This document shows positions 1 to 12,940 of a DNA stretch of 57,506 nt, piece by piece. The stretch's first letter is position 1. Each line of letters starts with the position of its first letter. The position numbers and the translations under genes were made by a program. The notes under the pieces were generated by a model. That model saw only the letters and a list, made by a program, of their open reading frames with translations, ran no database searches and was not told the origin of the DNA. Source of the DNA: Octopus bimaculoides (lineage: Eukaryota); NCBI RefSeq assembly GCF_001194135.2, contig NC_068985.1, forward strand, positions 34,706,561 through 34,764,066. The letters are read 5' to 3'.

Positions 1-175
1 TTGTATATGCTCCACAAGGGAAAACAAGGAACATAGTTTACAATGAGGTATTATAATCACAACAGCAAGAAAGTATGTACATGATCACCTTCTTTTACGA
101 AACTTCATTGACTTTCATATATTTATATTGATATACATATATATACGTGTGTTTGGGTGCGTGTGTGTATATACA

Positions 176-266
176 TCTCTATATATAAAGATGATGCGTA
201 GTCTAGACGGCGTTTTTAGATTTCATTATTCTCTTTAACCCGGGCAACGCCGGGTATTTCTGCTAG
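176..266 (+). mobile_element. 91-bp non-autonomous mini-Helitron
   Basis: 5' TC (TCTCTATATATAAAG) after A175; hairpin ACCCGG-gcaacg-CCGGGT at 238-255; CTAG end at 263-266 followed by T. This is the A^TC...CTAG^T Helitron signature. Confidence 0.65.
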
Positions 267-474
267 TACAAACTAAATTTTCCAAAACCATGATTATTTT
301 AAATCTCTGCTCAATCTCCCATTGGTGGTATGCGCATATTAGACGCAATGAAGATGTTTTGTAGGTTTCTTCTTTTTTTTTGGTAGTGGTGTTGGTGAGG
401 GACTGCGTCCAGTAACTATCTCCAATATGTTGTTGAGAACTGTGTTTTTCGCAGCGTGTTATTAAAGCCCTAAG

Positions 475-789
475 ATGCCCTAACGCCCTACACCTTCTAA
501 GGCTTCTGGCAGTGAACCTAAGCGCCAGAAAAAGGTTATGACACTCCATGAAAAGGCACAACTGATGGATATGTTCTGGGAAGGTAAAAATTATGCTGCC
601 GTAGGTCACTATTATGTTGTCAACGAAAGCACCATACGCTACATAAAGAAGAATGAGGTGGCGATCAGGACTACCCTAGCAGTAAGTTTATGTGAACATG
701 CCAAAACGATAACGATAGCGAGAAATAAGCACTTCGTCAGGATGGAATCTGCCTTGGCATTAAGAATATGTATATCAATAATAACATAA
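475..789 (+). pseudogene. Tigger/pogo-family transposase N-terminal fragment (HTH_psq/CENP-B-like)
   Basis: MP*RPTPSKASGSEPKRQKKVMTLHEKAQLMDMFWEGKNYAAVGHYYVVNESTIRYIKKNE; in-frame stop at 481-483; truncated. Confidence 0.75.
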
Positions 790-919
790 ATAAAAAATAT
801 ATATATGCATATATACATAGATATATGTACATACATATATCTTCTACTACATATGTGGAAATTCGGTATGTGTTTGTTTGTTGCATTGTTAGCTAACTCC
901 TCCTATATCATTTTATTGA

Positions 920-2040
920 TTTTGATGAAACTTGACACGTGAGTAGAACTCATCTCTGGAAACTTTGTGACATATTTAGATTATTGAAAAATCGATAATA
1001 CGGCTCCTGGAAGGGATCTTTTTATCTACCTCATATAACTAATTTTTTAAACACCCAAGGGAAATAACCCATAGCACATGCACAATATTTTTTAAACACT
1101 CAAGGGAAATAACCCATACCAACTGCAGTTACAGTTGCTAGTTTTTGGCGAAGCGATCAATATTTGATTCTCACGGTCAGCGGACCTAATTCTGTATTTC
1201 TCTACTCACAGTTTTCAACTGCTAAACCTTATTATTGCACTTTCTTGATGCATGTACACTTTCAATGTCCATAACTCCGATAATTCTGCATATTTCCAGT
1301 TAAAAGTTTTCGATGAAAGTGCAGAAATTTTTAATTCCAGAGCGTATTTAATAAGTGTGTCCCAATACAATGAACTCATACTTTGAATGCTTAAAATACT
1401 TTAAAAATGAAACCAAACTTCCACACCACATTCAGTTGGGACCCCCTGTAACACTTATTTTACAAATCATAATATTTATTACTTATTTACAGTTCATACA
1501 ACATTTTTATGAAACTAATTGAGCCATCGAATTTAGAAATATTTTACAGGTTTCATTGTTTATGTTCGATTATTTGAATATTGATTTTTTGTGTGTCCAA
1601 TTTCTAATTTTTGCATACAATGTCACTGTTATACTTTATTTGATGCGTGAGTAGAATTTATGTCTAGAAACCACGTGACATACTTAGATTGTTGGAAAAA
1701 ATTGATAATAGGATCCCTCCAATGGTTGCTTCTATCTACTACATATTACTAATATTTTATTTAAACAACTCAGGGGAAATAACCCACACCACCTGTAGTT
1801 TTTAGCGAAGCGTCAATATTTGATTCTCACGATCAGCCTAATTCTGCATTTCACTACTCAGTTTTGAACTGCTGAACATTATTATTGCACTTCCTTGATT
1901 TGAATCTTAAGCCTTAAAGACTTCATTCATACATTTCTATACATACATACTTTTTGAATGCCCATTACTCTGATAATTCTGCATTTTTACAGTTACACTT
2001 TTTCCATGATAGTAGATTAATTTTTTTTATTCCACAACGT
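920..2040. repeat. Two diverged direct copies (~920-1340 and ~1640-2040) of a ~400-bp interspersed repeat
   Basis: Shared blocks, e.g. cgtgagtagaa, gggaaataacccaYA, gcgaagcg..caatatttgattctcacg, taattctgYatttcNctactca, ttattattgcactt. Confidence 0.6.
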
Positions 2041-2559
2041 CTTTGTAGTGGCTTCATGCAGGCAGAGCGTGGATTCGATCCTCGATTGCCAAAATTCACT
2101 TAACACTTCAACAGCGCTTTTCTCACGGTAAAACAATAGTTTTCCTGTGAATGGCAGCAGTTATACATATCCCAGATGCTTTCGCTAAGCAGAATAATGC
2201 CTTTGCCACTTGACCCTATTCACCTCTTCTAGGCCACCAGGGGCTGGGATGGAGATAACAGGCCTCCAACGAAATTATATGTTCTCAACAATATGTCTGT
2301 CTTTCTGGCTGCTTTTCGATAGTTATAAAAACAAGAACTCCGTAAACTAAAGGCAGTTACTGAGAGCGACCATCAGTGGGTATGAACGTTATTACTGCAC
2401 TTTCTCTGTTTTATTCTTAAACATAAAACACTTCATTCATGTATTTATATACATATATACTACATTTATATATTACCTTTAATAATTTAGCCTTCATAAA
2501 GTTCACCTTTATAATGCCACGACGAGTCAGAGTACTTTCTTTCTCCAAATCAGAGTAAT

Positions 2560-2900
2560 AAGGCGTTTCAATAGAACATTTTTACCCCCGCGAATTACCT
2601 GGTACACCACGTAGTGTATGTATATTTGCATATATCGGTACAGGACGTCACAAAACGTAAACAACATGGAATACGAAATACGAAAACAACATGAAATACG
2701 AAGACAAATTTTTGTATGCAAATAGCGAGAGAAACAAATGGAAAACAAGACAAGTAACATAAAGAACGACCCTTCATCAGTTGTCGGCTGTTTATCTACT
2801 CCACATTTCGAGCAATTCACGACAATATGTGCCTTCGAGAAACAGTTGCTCTTGCGAACCAAAATAAAATTTGGGATTTGCGGAGGGTCAAAGCTGGTAA
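2560..2900 (-). repeat. Non-coding repeat related to 54700-54960 (+); probably Penelope-derived
   Basis: Shared caaCTGAYGAAGGG..tctttatgtt..gtcctgtacc block in both copies; family assignment is inference. Confidence 0.4.
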
Positions 2901-3372
2901 CAAAAGCAGGACAGTGGGGACAAAAACAGGACAAACAAAACGAAAACAAACAGTGAGGGCCGCTAGGCCAGACGAGGTAAGGTGGCAAACACTGGAGGAA
3001 CATTCTTTGACAAGAGAAAAGATAAGAGAAGAGATAGACAAGAAGGCGTCTGGTCTGTGCGACAGACTAAAAGGAAAAGAAAGATGGATGATGGTCACAT
3101 GTGAGCAACGAAAGAGTAAAGGAGGAAGAGGGACAACAAGAGAGACAGAGACAGACAGAAAACAGTGAAAGAGAGTAAGAGAATTAGAGAAAGGATGAGA
3201 AAGAAAAAAACGAAAGGGGAGAATAGGAGAAAGAGAATTGGAGAAAGGAAGAGAGAGAAAACGAAAGGGGGAGAAAGAGAACAGTAAAGGGTAGAGTCGC
3301 ATCAAAATTATTAAGATAGCATCCATTTCCAAGTATATATATGTATGTATTGTGTGTGTGTGTGTGTGTGTG

Positions 3373-3596
3373 TATTGGGTTGTCCGGAAAGTTCGTACCG
3401 ATTTTTAAAGGAAAGAAAATGATCACTAAATACTTGCCATTACATTTTAAATCAACTAAATATGAATCATTTTGTTGCACGATGTGTCTCCATCTTTCCT
3501 TTAACTTGAAAATACTCTCTTCCCAGAATTGAGGTGGTTTCATGGCAAATAAGTCGAAAGGTAAGCTACTATAAATCAGCACGAACTTTCCGGACA
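3373..3596. mobile_element. Mariner-type MITE
   Basis: Inverted termini TATTGGGTTGTCCGGAAAGTTCGTACCGATTT and AAATCAGCACGAACTTTCCGGACA (right end truncated). Confidence 0.65.
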
Positions 3597-3599
3597 GCA

Positions 3600-4251
3600 A
3601 TGCTACAAGGTAGTGAGATATGGCCCCTGAATGCAGAAGACATGTGAATGCTGGAGAGGAACATAGTGGGTATGTTCTGCTGGATGTGCAGTGTCAGTAT
3701 GCATGTGTGACAGATCATTGAGGTATTGAGAGAGGTGGGCGTATGAGGAATTATATGTTGCATGCAAGAGAAGGGAGTGCACTGGTTTGGTAATATGATG
3801 CAGATGGATGAAGACAATTGCATAAAGAAGTGCTGATCACTTAGAGTAGAGGCCAGATGTGGGAGGGGGAGACCCAGGAAGACTTGGGATGTAATATTGA
3901 AGGATGATCACAAAATGCTGAACCTTATGAAGATGACGGGGTATTAAGTTATGTGGCACATTCCTGTACTCAAGAAAACCCACCCACTACAACAAAATAA
4001 AGATCCTAAAACCAAGGTGCCACATAAAAAAGCATTGGTATGGGTGCTGGTGTCACATAAAAAGCACTGGTGATATTGCCATATAAAAAAAAAAACACTC
4101 AGTACACTCTGTAGAGTGGTTGGCATCAAGAAGGGCATCCAGCAATAGGAAATAAGCCAAAATAGACTATGGAACCTAGTGTGGACCCTGGCTTTGTCAG
4201 TTTCTGCCAGACTGTCCAACCCATACCAGCATGGAAACTGGATGATAAATA

Positions 4252-4282
<31 letters not shown>
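3600..4282 (+). mobile_element. 3' fragment of an RTE-clade LINE (ORF end, 3' UTR, (GAT)n tail)
   Basis: Degenerate ..RGRPRKTW..LKDD coding remnant, 3' UTR block gagtggttggc..aagggcatccagc..aacccat.ccagcatgga, (GAT)n tail. Confidence 0.6.
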
Positions 4283-4284
<2 letters not shown>

Positions 4285-4424
4285 CTGTGTCTAGTATTTT
4301 ATTACCTCTCCTCTAAACTGCTCTATCTTATATATTTGCTCTTCATAATCCCACCATGATGATACTTGTGGTTCATGGGTTACTTTTTTTGCAAAGACAA
4401 GTTCCTATGTTAAATGTTTAATTA

Positions 4425-5788
4425 CACTGGTCAACAAAATGAAACTTTTTTAATCATCAGAGTTGCTGATTGACTTTTCTGGGTTAATTTTTGATGCTGA
4501 TTACGAATCTGAAGTCCGATTTCCTCTATCGGGTCACATTTTCATGTTAATGATACCTGCTGTTTTAACTTATAGGATACGTAAAGTATAACAAATACAA
4601 GATACAATAATTTCATGGGTTTTTATTGTACAAAATTAAAATTATTGTGTACAAATAAGTTAGAATACACTCGAATGCATAACAACTTTAAAATCTTTGG
4701 TATTTGGACTTCCTATGGTGTTTTGTCTCAGGTTCCTCCCTGTATAACATCCAACAGTAGTCAGCTAACATTCTCGCATCCCAAAATCCTTGATATCGTC
4801 ACATCGATGCAATATCTTGATGAAAGCGTTCCCCTTGCTCATCAGACACTGCTCAAAAGGTTCTCTGCAAAAAAGTTCATATGTGAATCAAGGAAATGGG
4901 CTTTTAGTGACATCCGACACCCTATTACAGCGTAGGAATCTAGAAGACATTTCACTCCATTTCTAAACTCTAGAGATCTCTTGTTGCTTAGGAAATTTTC
5001 ACAGAGCCATTTGAAGGATTCCCAGGCTTTAAGCTCAATCTCATCTAGTGTTGTGAGGAATTGGTTGTCCTTCAAGAGTTCTTTTATCTGCGGACCTATG
5101 AATACGTCCTCCTTCAGTTTTGCCTCGGTGATTTTTGGAAATTTGGCTTTCACATATTCAAAACCTTTTGAGCTTTTCTGGGCAAGTGTCTTCACGAATT
5201 GTTTTATGTGAAGAGGGGGAAGAAGAACATTTTCTGGGTTTAAAAGTGGCTTACNNNNNNNNNNATTGAGGAGTACTTGCATGTTTTCATAACACTCCTT
5301 CATGTGCACTGAATGTCCTATGGGAATGGATGGTTTCTTATTGCCATTGTGTAGTAGTACTGCTTTGAGGCTTCCCTTAGATGAATCAATGAATAAGCGC
5401 CATTCAGCTGGAACATGCTCTCGGAACAAACACAGACATGACAAAATATATCAGGTCTGTTCTTGCAATACCTTGACATCCTGAGTAGAATTTGATGATA
5501 ATGATGACTTGGCATCTTAAACAGAAAGTAAAATTTATGAAAAGAAAAGATTATGAAAACATAAAATTACAAAATGAATACAAATAGTTATGAAACAGAA
5601 GTCAGAATTTACCTGTATAAGACGTTTACGTGTAGCGATACTGCTAATGGGAGTTATATACCTCTCTTATCTAATCAGAAAAACTGTGCCTGATAGAAGG
5701 AAACCGATTACATTTCTGAAATCTGCAGACAAAACTACATATAAAACACCATATAATATCCCTGATGAAAATTGGCTGTTGACTAGTG
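4425..5788 (-). mobile_element. Chapaev-like (CMC superfamily) DNA transposon, internally deleted
   Basis: TIRs CACTGGTCAACA / TGTTGACTAGTG, 3-bp TTA duplication on both sides; transposase remnant WRLFIDSSKGSLKAVLLHNGN..LLPPLHIK..FIGPQI..MSLKAHFLDSH at 4842-5444. The family name rests on my recall of Chapaev3 termini and motifs. Confidence 0.72.
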
Positions 5789-5883
5789 TTATTTTTTACA
5801 CTGTAATATTTTGCATCATAGACTTTATGCTCCTTATTTGTAAAAAATGTTTCTATCAGTATTTATCATTTTCTTTGTAGGTA

Positions 5884-5938
5884 ATGGAAGTCAGTCTGTT
5901 ATACTTGAAATTCTTGATAATTATACAATGTGTCTGTG
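5884..5938 (+). CDS. Exon 1 (coding): signal peptide MEVSLLYLKFLIIIQCVC
   Basis: Acceptor ttttctttgtAG at 5879-5880, ATG at 5884, 18-aa hydrophobic peptide, perfect G|GTAAGT donor at 5939 in phase 1, matching the first Ig exon (…CVC-VSLEVEV). Confidence 0.75.
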
Positions 5939-6100
5939 GTAAGTAACAAAGTGTTTCTGATAATAAACTCTATTTTTTTCAAACTATCCATTAGTAGACA
6001 GTAGAATTTAATCATAATTGCTGTTTAATCTTAAGGCCATTACTGATCAAGTAGAATTACATTTAACCTGTTAGCATTCAAATTAATCTGTCAAATGTAA

Positions 6101-7200
6101 TATTGGGTTGGCGAGAAGGTAATTTTGTTTTTCACAGATAGATAGAGTTACAATTTTTTGAATGACTTTTGTCAATGTTAACGATTTTTTTCCTTTTGAC
6201 ACTTGTTAGCTGTTACTTTTAGCTTACTTTAGAAGCAAATTGCACATAATTTTGTTTATAGCTATTAATTCGGTGTCACTTTTAGCATGAAATGCAAAAA
6301 CGAATATTTTCACCATATTTTGCCTTTTTATTTCTGTAAAGGCAAGAAAGCTGCTGAGGCTCACAAAGAGTTATGTGAAGTTTATAGTGTTGATTGCTTA
6401 ACAGAACATGCATGTCAGAAATGGTTTAAAAATTCTGTTCTGGAGACTTTTCCCTCAAAGATGACCAACGTTTTGGTTGACCTACTGAAGTTGATGATGA
6501 CTGAATCTGATTGTCATATAACTGTGTAAGAGATTGCAGGAAGGTTAAATGTATGATGCACAACAATTAAAAAATCACTTAAAATGTTTTGGACTCATTA
6601 AGAAGCTTGATATTTGGGTTCCGCATAAAACAGAACGAGATTCACTTAAAACAACGAATCAATGCTTGTGATATGCAACTCAAATGTAATCTGTTTTTGA
6701 AATGAATCATCACTGGTGATGAAAAGTGGATTGTCTACAATAACATCAATCAAAAACGATCATGGTCCAAGTGTAATGAACCAGCACAAATCACACTGGA
6801 AGCTGAAATGCATCAAAAAAGGTCATGTTGTCAATTTGGTGGGATTACAAAGATGATGTGTATTTTGAGCTGCTTCCAAGAAACCAAATAATCAATTCAG
6901 ATGTTTACTATCAACAACAAATGAAACTGAAGGAAACAATCAGAAAAATGACCAGAATTGGCAAATCATAAAGGAATCGTATTCCATCATGACAATGCTA
7001 GACAGCACACGTCTTTGCTAATTTTCAATAATGGTGATGACCTGAAATCGCACTTGCTTCAGTTTTTGGCTGATAAGGACCAGAAGTTCTATGAACATGG
7101 AATTATGAAGTTGCCAGAAAAATGGCAAAAGTTCATGGAACAAAATGGAAAATATATAATTGATTAAAAGTTCATTCTTTGTATGGGAAAAAATGACTTT
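6101..7200 (+). mobile_element. Degenerate mariner (Mos1/SETMAR-like) element
   Basis: Left TIR TATTGGGTTGGC; HTH region KGKKAAEAHKELCEVY; DIWVPH; TGDEKWIVYNN; FHHDNAR; C-terminus KLPEKWQKFMEQNGKYIID*; multiple frameshifts. Confidence 0.9.
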
Positions 7201-7464
7201 TATTTCACACTATAGTAGGTGTGACATGCCAGATATGATAAGTTTTAACATAAAACAAGTAGAAAATTTTGATCAAGATATAACTGGCTTAAATTCTAAA
7301 TGCTGCATATGAAGATATCTCATATTGTTTTCCCAGGTTCATTTTTCGTTTTTAAGATGATGAGCTGTGATTTGAGGTGAATTTGGTTGCTATGTCTAGC
7401 AGGTTGGTTTGAACCTAACTGCTACATCTATTATCATAGCTACTGTATGTTGGCACGGACATGG

Positions 7465-7640
7465 CTATGTGATTTAGAAGTAAAGTGCAGACATGGCTAA
7501 TAAGTTTGTGTTCCAACCATGTAGTTTTAGATTCAGTCTCACTGCACTGCATGGCACCTTTGGTAAATATCTTCTACTATAGCCCAAAACTGACCAAAGC
7601 CATGTGAGTGGATTTGACAGACGAAACTGAAAGAGGCCCG
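7465..7640 (+). mobile_element. Decayed SINE-like repeat; a related copy lies at ~7960-8110
   Basis: Both copies share catggct.., ttcagtctca.tgca.., tgtcttctacta, caaagcc.t.tga.tggatttg blocks. Confidence 0.45.
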
Positions 7641-7877
7641 TAACCACATGTGAATCGTTGGCGATTTTTTTTCCTCCATCTTCCTTTTCCATTGGACTTT
7701 CCTCTGTTTCTGAAGAAGAGCTTTGCTCGAAACATTAACCCATCGTTCTTTCCTTCCCTGAGCACCTGCTAATACTTTACATGTACCACGTCCTCGCGTT
7801 GCTGTTTTTTTGTGTTTGTTCCTAGTTTTTTTGGGGATATATATATATATANNNNNNNNNNNNNNNNNNNNNNNNNN

Positions 7878-7920
<43 letters not shown>

Positions 7921-8984
7921 CGTGTGTGTGTGCGTGTTTGTGTATGTGTGTGCACGCATGGCTAGGTGCAAGGATAGCTGTGTGATAAGGAGCTTGCTTC
8001 TCAACTGCATGGTTCTGTGTTTAGTCTCATTGCATGAAACCATAGGCAAGTGTCTTCTATTAGATCCATAGGACAAGCAAAGCCTTATGACTGGATTTGG
8101 TAGATGGAAACAATAAAGAAGCACATATGAACATTGTGTGTGTATATTTGTAAATATATATATATATTTATGATGGAAGCATAAAATGAGGGAGGGAAGT
8201 CATAACAGCAGTATGCATTGAGAAATGTGTAAATGAACTTGATAAATTACTGGGTGATGTCTTAGAGAAATCACATTATTGTTGGTGATATAGCATTCTA
8301 TTGCAGCTATGTGACATGTGTTTGTGATTAAGTGATATGTGATGACAATTCACTCCCAAACTGAAATAGGTTCCCAGCCTCTGTATCATGAATGGTCATG
8401 TGGGACCACTCCTAATGAAAGCCACTACATAAAAGGTATTAAGAAAAAATGTTATTTAGATATACTTGTATTTTAGTTGTTTACACTATTTTACACTTGT
8501 TTATGCATTCAAAGTTCAGAAATTTCCTTATTTAAATTATGAATCATATTCCTTTCGATAATATCAATATGATTACGAAACTTCTTTGTAGATGATATTT
8601 TCTGTTTGGGCGACACTAATTTTCAAATTACTGGAGTTCGTTGTTTTACTCATAGTGACGCATAACTGACTCTGTGTAAACATTGGAGTGGGTAAAAATA
8701 CACCTACACAATTTAAAATTTGGTTCTGTGCCTTGTTTGCTGTGAATGTGCCAGTGGAATCTTTAGGGTTGCAAAAGATCAAACTAAGACATACCTCTCA
8801 TTGCTCTATGCAAATAATGTCTGGATGTTCTGGTACCATGGGTTATTTTGATTGACAAAACTGAGATGTAAACAAGAGCTGCTTGGATTAGCTGTTTCAA
8901 ATCCTGCTCAAGACTGACACACTTCAATAACCACTAAATAATCACATACACTATATACTGACACACACTTTTCCCATTTTATTT

Positions 8985-9248
8985 TCGCTATTAACCATCC
9001 TCATGACGCTCTTTGTATCTACAATGGGATCATGAACTATATGATGAGAATCCCAAGTTACTTGTGGTCATTGAATTTTTAATAAAAATGCGAAGGTGGT
9101 TTATCAGTTCAAAAATCGATATCCACGAAATAATCATACTTTCTGATTTTTTTTAATGCTAAACACCTTCCTGATGACCATCTTTGTAATCCCGAAAAAT
9201 ATCATAACCTTTGGTCCAGCCATCTGACCGTAAAGAGAGAACAGACAA

Positions 9249-9279
<31 letters not shown>

Positions 9280-9305
9280 TAATGCCCATTATAGTAAGAT
9301 AGCAA
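8985..9305 (-). mobile_element. Possible Helentron-associated (HINE/DINE-like) element
   Basis: On the - strand it starts ctatcttactataatgggcattat followed by a (GTCT)n tract, a layout typical of HINEs. Confidence 0.35.
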
Positions 9306-9692
9306 ATCTGCCCATCAACGATGGGAAATAAAGGGATAGTATTGCAAATTTAAACCCTCTAAATTCAAGAACTATACGGGCGGGAGGGGGCAGAGTTAAT
9401 CCTCATCGCCGGNNNNNNNNNNNNNNNNNNNNNNNNNNNNNNNNNNNNNNNNNNNNNNNNNNNNNNNNNNNNNNNNNNNNNNNNNNNNNNNNNNNNNNNN
9501 NNNNNNNNNNNNNNNNNNNNNNNNNNNNNNNNNNNNNNNNNNNNNNNNNNNNNNNNNNNNNNNNNNNNNNNNNNNNNNNNNNNNNNNNNNNNNNNNNNNN
9601 NNNNNNNNNNNNNNNNNNNNNNNNNNNNNNNNNNNNNNNNNNNNNNNNNNNNNNNNNNNNNNNNNNNNNNNNNNNNNNNNNNNNNNNNNNNN

Positions 9693-9725
<33 letters not shown>

Positions 9726-10769
9726 CAATTATGTGGATAAACAAATCAGATACATTAAATATATCAAATATAATAGTTTGGGTATGAAATACAAAATGTG
9801 TATACATGCAAAGCATATTTGTAAATGTGAGGCTCCCTCATACAACACAGACATTTGTATTTGTAAACTTTGACACCAAGACACAGTTCCAACATGACTC
9901 ACTACCATTCAAATCCTATCTCTCCTACCCCTCCTATTCATCTCCCAACCTTATCTACCACGTCCCTTGGTACCCTCATTAGTAACCCTTCACTCTTCCT
10001 GAACTATCCTTTCTCCTCTCATCATTTCATCTTAATACCCCATAACCACACCGACCTTCCTATTCCCCCTCTCGTACAGCTAGCTCTCCATATTTAATCA
10101 TACCATCTTTTAACTTTTTTGCATTAAGATCTGATTTGTAAGATCTTCTCTACCCTGATGATGGAGGTTCACCTTATTGATTGTATCCACAATGGCCATG
10201 TATTGTGATAAACCACATTTACCAACATTATTATGGATCTCTGAACCCCTAGAAACATCTGTTGGGCTTATAACACCTTTCTTCCTCTCCTTTAATTTTC
10301 TCTGTCGTTTGTGCTCTGTGTAAGTTGGACATATTAATATATCTATATATTTATACTTAAAAATTCATCATCTGAAAGTTTCCACCTTATGCTCTCTCTT
10401 GTTTTGCATGTATACATATATACATATTTTGTATTTCATACCCAAACTATTACATCTATTATATTTAATATATTTAATGTATCTAATTTGTTTATCCACA
10501 TAATTGCCTCTATATCTACTCTATTTGATCCCTCTTACAGATTCCACCCCCTGTAAAAATGTCGGAGTCTAAGTCTGAATCTTTTGAACATTAGTAAGTG
10601 TTTTCTATACTGAGAATCTTGGAATCTCATCTGTGGACTATATATAGGTGTACGTACATACATAGGTATGTACATACATACATACATACATACATACATA
10701 CATACATACATACATGCATGCATGCATGCATGCATGCAGGCAGGCAGGCAGGCAGGCAGGCAGACAGAC

Positions 10770-11095
10770 GGACCTGATATAATGATTTGGGATAGAGAAG
10801 AGAAACTGCACAGTTGTGGAAATTAGCTGCCCAGTAGATGTTAGAATAAAGCTGCAGATCAGTGAAGAAGAGAAGACCTATGCTGAACTATTGAGAAATA
10901 TGCAGTTACTCTATCCAGATTACAAGTTCAGGTTAATACCTGTAACTATTGGGCCACTGGGATATGTAACACACTGCCTAAATACCAATCTTGAGAAATT
11001 AGGCTTCTCAAAACCAGAAAGGAGAAAGTTAATTGAAATACTACAAATCCAATCCATCACTGGAACTGTAAAATTCTGTAAAACTTTCCAGAAGT
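10770..11095 (+). pseudogene. RLE-type (R4/Dong-like) non-LTR retrotransposon, C-terminal endonuclease fragment
   Basis: PDIMIWDREEK..VEISCPVD..KTYAEL..IPVTIGPLG..IQSITGTVKFCK; runs into an N gap. Confidence 0.75.
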
Positions 11096-11947
11096 NNNNN
11101 NNNNNNNNNNNNNNNNNNNNNNNNNNNNNNNNNNNNNNNNNNNNNNNNNNNNNNNNNNNNNNNNNNNNNNNNNNNNNNNNNNNNNNNNNNNNNNNNNNNN
11201 NNNNNNNNNNNNNNNNNNNNNNNNNNNNNNNNNNNNNNNNNNNNNNNNNNNNNNNNNNNNNNNNNNNNNNNNNNNNNNNNNNNNNNNNNNNNNNNNNNNN
11301 NNNNNNNNNNNNNNNNNNNNNNNNNNNNNNNNNNNNNNNNNNNNNNNNNNNNNNNNNNNNNNNNNNNNNNNNNNNNNNNNNNNNNNNNNNNNNNNNNNNN
11401 NNNNNNNNNNNNNNNNNNNNNNNNNNNNNNNNNNNNNNNNNNNNNNNNNNNNNNNNNNNNNNNNNNNNNNNNNNNNNNNNNNNNNNNNNNNNNNNNNNNN
11501 NNNNNNNNNNNNNNNNNNNNNNNNNNNNNNNNNNNNNNNNNNNNNNNNNNNNNNNNNNNNNNNNNNNNNNNNNNNNNNNNNNNNNNNNNNNNNNNNNNNN
11601 NNNNNNNNNNNNNNNNNNNNNNNNNNNNNNNNNNNNNNNNNNNNNNNNNNNNNNNNNNNNNNNNNNNNNNNNNNNNNNNNNNNNNNNNNNNNNNNNNNNN
11701 NNNNNNNNNNNNNNNNNNNNNNNNNNNNNNNNNNNNNNNNNNNNNNNNNNNNNNNNNNNNNNNNNNNNNNNNNNNNNNNNNNNNNNNNNNNNNNNNNNNN
11801 NNNNNNNNNNNNNNNNNNNNNNNNNNNNNNNNNNNNNNNNNNNNNNNNNNNNNNNNNNNNNNNNNNNNNNNNNNNNNNNNNNNNNNNNNNNNNNNNNNNN
11901 NNNNNNNNNNNNNNNNNNNNNNNNNNNNNNNNNNNNNNNNNNNNNNN

Positions 11948-12230
11948 GTTGTCATCTGCTGGTATTGATACATCAATTAGAAAGCATTTTTTTTCTTCTT
12001 GATCTTTGACAACTATATCTGGTCTATTGGCCTTAATTTTTCTATCTGTGTGTATTGGCATATCCCAGAGTATGGTTGCTTTCTCGTTTTCTGTGACCTT
12101 TTCTGGCGTGTGTTTATGCCATCTTTTTTCTGTTGTTATCCATAGTGTTGGCATAGCTTCCAGTGTATATAGGTCCCAACTCTGTTGTGTCTGTGAATAT
12201 ATTCCTTCTTAGCCAGGACTGGGCAGCCAG
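11948..12230 (-). pseudogene. Second RLE-type (R4/Dong-like) retrotransposon fragment
   Basis: WHKHTPEKVTENEKATILWDMPIHTDRKIKANRPDIVVKDQEEKKCFLIDVSIPADDN, a classic RPD..D restriction-like endonuclease region. Confidence 0.8.
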
Positions 12231-12249
12231 AGATAATATGATTTATTGT

Positions 12250-12850
12250 TTCTTGTCCATCTCCACATATTCACACACGCATGCACACATACCTAACACT
12301 AACAACCCCACGCATGCATGTATACACACCCGCATACACACACAAACACACAACTACATGCACATACACATGCACGCGCACACGCGAAAAAACGAACATA
12401 TACCACCCCACATAATCCCTTGTTCACACACACATGCACACACACATGCACACACACAAAATACATGCACATACATACACACACACATGTACACACGCAC
12501 ATACACTCACGTGCACACACATACAAATACACGCACATGCAAATGAATCCACACATACTTCCCATACACACACAACACACACTCATACATACATGCACGC
12601 AATTATACATACATGGACACACACATGCACATACACGCACACAAAACACATACACACACAACATATACATACATGCACACACACATACTTCAAACTACCA
12701 GCTAAACACCTCCTACTGACCATTCTCCTACACACATGTGAAGGGTGACACACCTCAGACAGTCACTCCTACCAAAATTCTTACTATAAATTCTTCCTAA
12801 GAACTTAAGCGATACTAAGTCCACCCATCACATACATTAGCAGCCAAAAC

Positions 12851-12923
<73 letters not shown>

Positions 12924-12940
12924 ACATGCACATACCCATG
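12250..12940. repeat. Compound (CA)/(CATA)/(CACG) microsatellite field and (CA)n tract
   Basis: Directly visible; source of several His/Thr- and Cys/Val-rich spurious ORFs. Confidence 0.9.

Noticed and set aside
8592-8669. Hydrophobic mini-ORF MIFSVWATLIFKLLEFVVLLIVTHN* after an AG, resembling a signal peptide exon
   Set aside because: It stops before any donor, and the phase-1 frame also stops; 5884-5938 fits far better.
10816-12154. Long ORFs of 311-397 aa in the ORF track, and similar ones at 9396-9816 and 48907-49647
   Set aside because: Their length is made of N-gap X residues.
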